Shown here: positions 28,827 to 32,000 of the stretch, in pieces
How positions within the stretch are numbered: the stretch's first letter is position 1
Layout of the letters: the number at the start of each line of letters is the position of its first letter
DNA from: Prochlorococcus marinus subsp. pastoris str. CCMP1986
Lineage (GTDB): Bacteria; Cyanobacteriota; Cyanobacteriia; PCC-6307; Cyanobiaceae
Reading direction: 5' to 3'
Length of the DNA stretch: 32,000 bases
NCBI RefSeq assembly: GCF_000011465.1
Contig: NC_005072.1
Location: forward strand, 480,001-512,000
Notes under the pieces: generated by a model
What the model saw: the letters and a program-made list of their open reading frames with translations, nothing else
Databases searched by the model: none
Told to the model about the DNA's origin: nothing
Translations under genes and position numbers: made by a program

Positions 28827-30053
28827 TTGAGGAGTTTGCAAATTTTTAAAGTAAAGGGAATTCCCTTTAAATTACATCCTTACTGGTTTGCAATCCTTTT
28901 TTTATTTTCATGGAGTATTTCTAATCAAGTTAATTTAACTTCTGGTGAAATTTATAATATTAAGGAGGCTTGGTTAATTGGTTTCTTAACTTCTTTTTTT
29001 TTATTAAGTACGATCATATTCCATGAGGTCATACATACTTTTGTTTCGTTAAATCAAGGAGTAAAAATAAAAAATATTACCTTTTACTTCTTAGGAGCAG
29101 TTTTGCAAATAGAAAAGGATTGTCAAACAGCTTTGGGTAATATAAAAATCTCGATAGTTAGGCCTTTATTATGTTTCTCGACGGCATTAATTCTTTTTCT
29201 CATTATTAATCCTACTGAATCCAACGAACAAATATTTACAAATATATTGAGCAGACTAGCAATATTAAATCTTTTTCTAGGCTTTTTAAACTTAATTCCT
29301 ATTGGATTTTTAGATGGAGGTAATTTGTTAAAGAGTACTATTTGGTATTTTTCAGGAAGTAAAAATAAAGGAAGAAACTTTTTAAATAAATTAACTTTAA
29401 CATTATCAATTTTAGTTTTTCTTTTAGGAATTATATGTTTATTTAGTTTCAATTTTTACTATGGTTTATTACTTACTTTTTTGGGATTATTTGGTATTAA
29501 TTCATCAAAGTCTGAAAATCAATTTTTTAAAATTGAAAATATTTTAAAATTAAGTAAAGTTTCTGAACTTAAATTTAAGCCATTAAGAAAAATAGAATCC
29601 AATTCAAATTTTGTGCAGTTAAATAATGTGGTTAAAAGTAAAAAAGATAAACAAGATAAATATTTGTTTTTAACTAATAGTGGAAGATGGGACGGCTTTA
29701 TTGAGGAAAAAATTTTAAAATCTGTTTCAGTAAAAAAATGGGAACGTACTTTTGTTGGGGATTTTAAAAAGTCCATTAAGAAATTTGAGAGTGTCAATTT
29801 TAGTACTGAGTTATGGAGAGCTATTGAAAAGATAGAGAAATCTAATGAAGGTATAGTACTCGTACTTAATTCTGCTGATATACCACTAGGAATTATTGAC
29901 AGAAATAAAATTGGTTATTTTGTGTTTAATAAATTAGGTTTAAATTTACCTTCCAATCTAATCAGTAAATTTAATAATAAGGATCAGTATCCACTGGGTA
30001 TTCAATTACCCAAAATTATAAAATTAATGAGAAAAAAAGGAGAAATTGAATAA
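28827..30053 (+). CDS. M50-family site-2 metalloprotease with C-terminal soluble (CBS-like) region
   Basis: HEVIHTF (HExxH) and NLIPIGFLDGG (NxxPxxxLDG) lie within a multi-TM core. About 170 aa of C-terminal soluble domain follows. A TTG start at 28827 or 28836 is needed. Confidence 0.85.
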   Translation: MRSLQIFKVKGIPFKLHPYWFAILFLFSWSISNQVNLTSGEIYNIKEAWLIGFLTSFFLLSTIIFHEVIHTFVSLNQGVKIKNITFYFLGAVLQIEKDCQTALGNIKISIVRPLLCFSTALILFLIINPTESNEQIFTNILSRLAILNLFLGFLNLIPIGFLDGGNLLKSTIWYFSGSKNKGRNFLNKLTLTLSILVFLLGIICLFSFNFYYGLLLTFLGLFGINSSKSENQFFKIENILKLSKVSELKFKPLRKIESNSNFVQLNNVVKSKKDKQDKYLFLTNSGRWDGFIEEKILKSVSVKKWERTFVGDFKKSIKKFESVNFSTELWRAIEKIEKSNEGIVLVLNSADIPLGIIDRNKIGYFVFNKLGLNLPSNLISKFNNKDQYPLGIQLPKIIKLMRKKGEIE

Positions 30054-30060
30054 ATTCAAG

Positions 30061-30768
30061 TCACAATAATTCTTTAATCTTATCTGTTTTATAGTAGATT
30101 TTTTCAATTTTTATATTTGACTTCGATTCTAGAAATGAATTAATCAAATATTTAATTATTTCGTCATTAGTGAGATTTAAATTAATTTTTTTGGGAGGCT
30201 CTTCTCCAAATAATCTGAACCACAAGTCTCTTGGGGGGTTAAGCTGAATTTCCCCATGCTGAAGAAATGCCCCTTTCTTTCTGTATTGGGCGCTTCCTAT
30301 ACGTTTAAAACCATATTGATCAACTAAATCAGACACATAAGATGATTCAAAACAGTTCTCTTTAATTATTGATTTTTTTAAAGTTCCTCTTTTTAAACTT
30401 AAACCTAAATCATTAAAACTTTTAATTAACCAATTATTTACTAGCTCATAACTAAAGATCTTATAAGAAGGTTTTTTAAATGTTAAAGCGTATGTGATCC
30501 CTCCAGAATGAAGTACTGCACCGCCTCCTGAGGGTCTTCTTACTACCTTAATGATGCCATCCTCTAAAAGCTTTTCCCAATGAGGTGGAATTGCTTTTTG
30601 ATGATAACCAAGAGAAATCCAATTTCCCTCCCAATGATAGAACCTTAATGTAAAAAGAATTTCAACTTTGGAAATAGTTTTTTCTAAAAAATGTAAATCT
30701 AGAGCCATTTGTTCAACTCCAGTTAATTTCATTGTTGAAATGATTAAAGCTTGATTATCTATTCTCAA
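30061..30768 (-). CDS. lipoate-protein ligase / octanoyltransferase family (BPL_LplA_LipB catalytic domain only)
   Basis: RRPSGGGAVLH and FKRIGSAQYRKKGAFLQHG match the LplA/LipM-type catalytic domain. No LplA C-terminal accessory domain is present. The exact start codon is uncertain. Confidence 0.8.
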   Translation of the reverse strand: MRIDNQALIISTMKLTGVEQMALDLHFLEKTISKVEILFTLRFYHWEGNWISLGYHQKAIPPHWEKLLEDGIIKVVRRPSGGGAVLHSGGITYALTFKKPSYKIFSYELVNNWLIKSFNDLGLSLKRGTLKKSIIKENCFESSYVSDLVDQYGFKRIGSAQYRKKGAFLQHGEIQLNPPRDLWFRLFGEEPPKKINLNLTNDEIIKYLINSFLESKSNIKIEKIYYKTDKIKELL

Positions 30769-30865
30769 AACTATTTTTTGATTTAATTACGTAACAGCAT
30801 TTTGTAATAGTCTATCAATTTTTCACTTTTGGGTAGAGAATATAGAAAATAAATATGTATTTATT

Positions 30866-30970
30866 ATGGAGCCATCTCAATCAATCAATTTAATAATACT
30901 TGGTCTTATTGTGGTAATGCATGCAGGTGTATTGGCTTTAAGACTTGGCATAAGTTTAGCTAGAACATAA
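30866..30970 (+). CDS. psaM: photosystem I subunit XII (PsaM), 34 aa
   Basis: This ORF is absent from the supplied ORF track. ATG at 30866 to TAA at 30968-30970 encodes [34 protein letters not shown]. It has a single TM helix with the C-terminal A-x-L-A-x-R-L pattern seen in PsaM (compare T. elongatus ...PAVLAFRLSTELYK), and it sits upstream of por. Confidence 0.65.
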
Positions 30971-31014
30971 AAAACTAATTTTGATTATAAAAAACTTTAT
31001 GTTATTAATTAAAG

Positions 31015-31042
31015 AAGACTTTTATTCTTGAGTCTTTTATCT
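31015..31042 (+). terminator. candidate intrinsic terminator after psaM
   Basis: AAGACT-tttattcttg-AGTCTT is a 6-bp stem with a 10-nt loop, followed by TTATCT. The stem is weak, with 2 G-C pairs. Confidence 0.3.
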
Positions 31043-31059
31043 AATTTCTTAAAAATAAT

Positions 31060-31407
31060 TTGCCTAGACATTACCGTAAAAGTACTTCTACGGACAAAAG
31101 ATCTTTAGCATCTGCTATAGAGATAAACTATAAAGAACAAGAAGATTTTGTAAGCTCTGTTTTTCTTGGGTTAAAAGTTTGTTTTTCTCTTTTAGCAATA
31201 GTGAGTTTATTAAAAATTGGATATAGCTCAAAAGTTAGATTAACTAGATTGAGGGAGATTAAAAATTCTTATTTATATGAAAAATCAAGGTTTGATGGTT
31301 TAAGCAGTAGATTTGATGATTTAATCTCTTTAGAGGGCGAGCAAAGATTTATGAAGGATCAAGATCAAATGATTTCTAGAGACATAATCAGAGTAATATG
31401 GCGTTGA
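31060..31407 (+). CDS. bitopic coiled-coil membrane protein, FtsB/DivIC-like candidate
   Basis: 115 aa with a TTG start, a basic N-terminus and one TM (VFLGLKVCFSLLAIVSLLKIG). A heptad-like region follows (RLTRLREIKNSYLYEKSRFDGLSSRFDDLISLE), and the tail is EQRFMKDQDQMISRDIIRVIW, reminiscent of septum-formation-initiator proteins. Evidence is topology and pattern only. Confidence 0.45.
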   Translation: MPRHYRKSTSTDKRSLASAIEINYKEQEDFVSSVFLGLKVCFSLLAIVSLLKIGYSSKVRLTRLREIKNSYLYEKSRFDGLSSRFDDLISLEGEQRFMKDQDQMISRDIIRVIWR

Positions 31408-31464
31408 TAAGTATGATTATAGGGTCATTTAATTATCGAATTTTTTAATTAATTTTTACAGCTT

Positions 31465-32000
31465 GTGGGTAAGAGTATTAAGGGCTTAGTCCTAATAACA
31501 GGAACAACATCAGGAGTAGGATTAAATACCTTAAAACCTTTGTTGAAATTTGGATGGGAAGTTATAGCGGTAAATCGCTCAAATAAAAGGGCAGTAGAAA
31601 TAGCTCAGCAATCTTTAACAGATTCTCAAATAAAAAATATTCATTTTATAGAAATTGATTTGTCTGATTTAGACGATGTAAGAAATGGTTGTAGTGAGAT
31701 ATTGAAAAAATTTAAAAAACCCATAAATTCTATTATTTGTAATGCTGCAGTTTATAAACCAAGATTACGGAAGCCTGAAAGGTCTCCCCAAGGATTTGAA
31801 AATTCTATGGCAGTTAATCATTTTGGTCATTTTCTCTTGATTAATCTTCTTCTTGATAATATTTTGTCCTCTGAGAAAGAAATTGATTTAAATGGTAGAA
31901 CAATTAAATTCAAACCAAGAATAACCGTATTAGGAACTGTTACGGCAAATTATTCAGAACTAGGCGGAAGAATTCCTATACCTGCTCCAGCTGATCTAGG
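31465..32000 (+). CDS. por: light-dependent protochlorophyllide oxidoreductase (5' part, continues beyond window)
   Basis: GTG start. ITGTTSGVGL (NADPH fold), CNAAVY, GFENSMAVNHFGHFLLINLLL and the POR-specific insertion region (ITVLGTVTAN...GGRIPIPAPADLG). The frame is open to the window end. Confidence 0.9.
   Translation, partial: MGKSIKGLVLITGTTSGVGLNTLKPLLKFGWEVIAVNRSNKRAVEIAQQSLTDSQIKNIHFIEIDLSDLDDVRNGCSEILKKFKKPINSIICNAAVYKPRLRKPERSPQGFENSMAVNHFGHFLLINLLLDNILSSEKEIDLNGRTIKFKPRITVLGTVTANYSELGGRIPIPAPADL

Noticed and set aside
388-29797. Remaining short ORFs from the track: 388-609, 1128-1313, 2880-3080, 4974-5162, 5113-5307, 7494-7742, 10229-10450, 11088-11357, 13028-13309, 14490-14711, 15519-15707, 24846-25070, 26488-26781, 27362-27607, 27767-27958, 29123-29452 and 29519-29797
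   Set aside because: All are nested in, or antisense to, well-supported longer genes; 10229-10450 is an alternative frame within ftsI. None has a recognisable motif.
29855-29866. AGTAC-tc-GTACT palindrome resembling a cyanobacterial LexA box half-site pair (and a lone AGTAC at 22702-22706)
   Set aside because: The spacing is N2 rather than the N4 implied by the AGTACA-NN-TGTACT type consensus as I recall it. The palindrome lies inside the M50 protease coding region, and the 22702 site has no partner half-site.
1-32000. Search by eye for tRNA/rRNA genes, CRISPR arrays, IS elements with terminal inverted repeats, and long direct repeats
   Set aside because: No GC-rich cloverleaf-like segments (for example GGTTCGAATCC-type T-arms) occur in intergenic DNA. 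There are no regularly spaced repeats and no transposase-like ORFs. The intergenic spaces are too short, at most 330 nt, to hide such elements.

Overview
The window is very AT-rich, roughly 30% GC by eye, and densely packed with genes. Gene content and order look like core chromosome of a marine picocyanobacterium. The best fit is a high-light-adapted Prochlorococcus marinus; this is from memory of family motifs and synteny, and no search was run.

I can support about 35 protein-coding genes. They cover:
- translation and nucleotide metabolism: proS, frr, pyrH, an S1-domain protein
- cell envelope and division: lepB, ftsI, a CPBP/CAAX protease, an M50 site-2 protease
- central metabolism: ppa, tal, ilvB, trpF, folE, accA
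- tetrapyrrole and photosynthesis: hemH with a C-terminal CAB helix, cobO, psaM, the 5' end of por
- the cyanobacterial alkane module: ado, then aar-accA-SDR

I found no tRNA, rRNA, CRISPR array, IS element or long repeat. The only mobility-type genes are a solitary, catalytically intact tyrosine recombinase wedged between cobO and hemH, and an unlinked excisionase-like HTH gene.

I do not see a convincing new multi-gene system such as a defence island. The items most worth follow-up are:
1. A dihydroorotase-fold pseudoenzyme 2 nt downstream of a tandem double histidine-phosphatase fusion.
2. A bitopic FtsL-like ORF translationally coupled to ftsI, and a second FtsB/DivIC-like ORF next to por.
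3. An S1-domain / Tab2 / DUF152 operon.
4. An uncharacterised SDR fused into the aar-accA transcription unit.
5. The orphan integrase.

All functional calls rest on motifs read by eye from the supplied translations. Short regulatory elements are low confidence, because AT-rich palindromes and TATAAT-like hexamers arise easily by chance in this composition.
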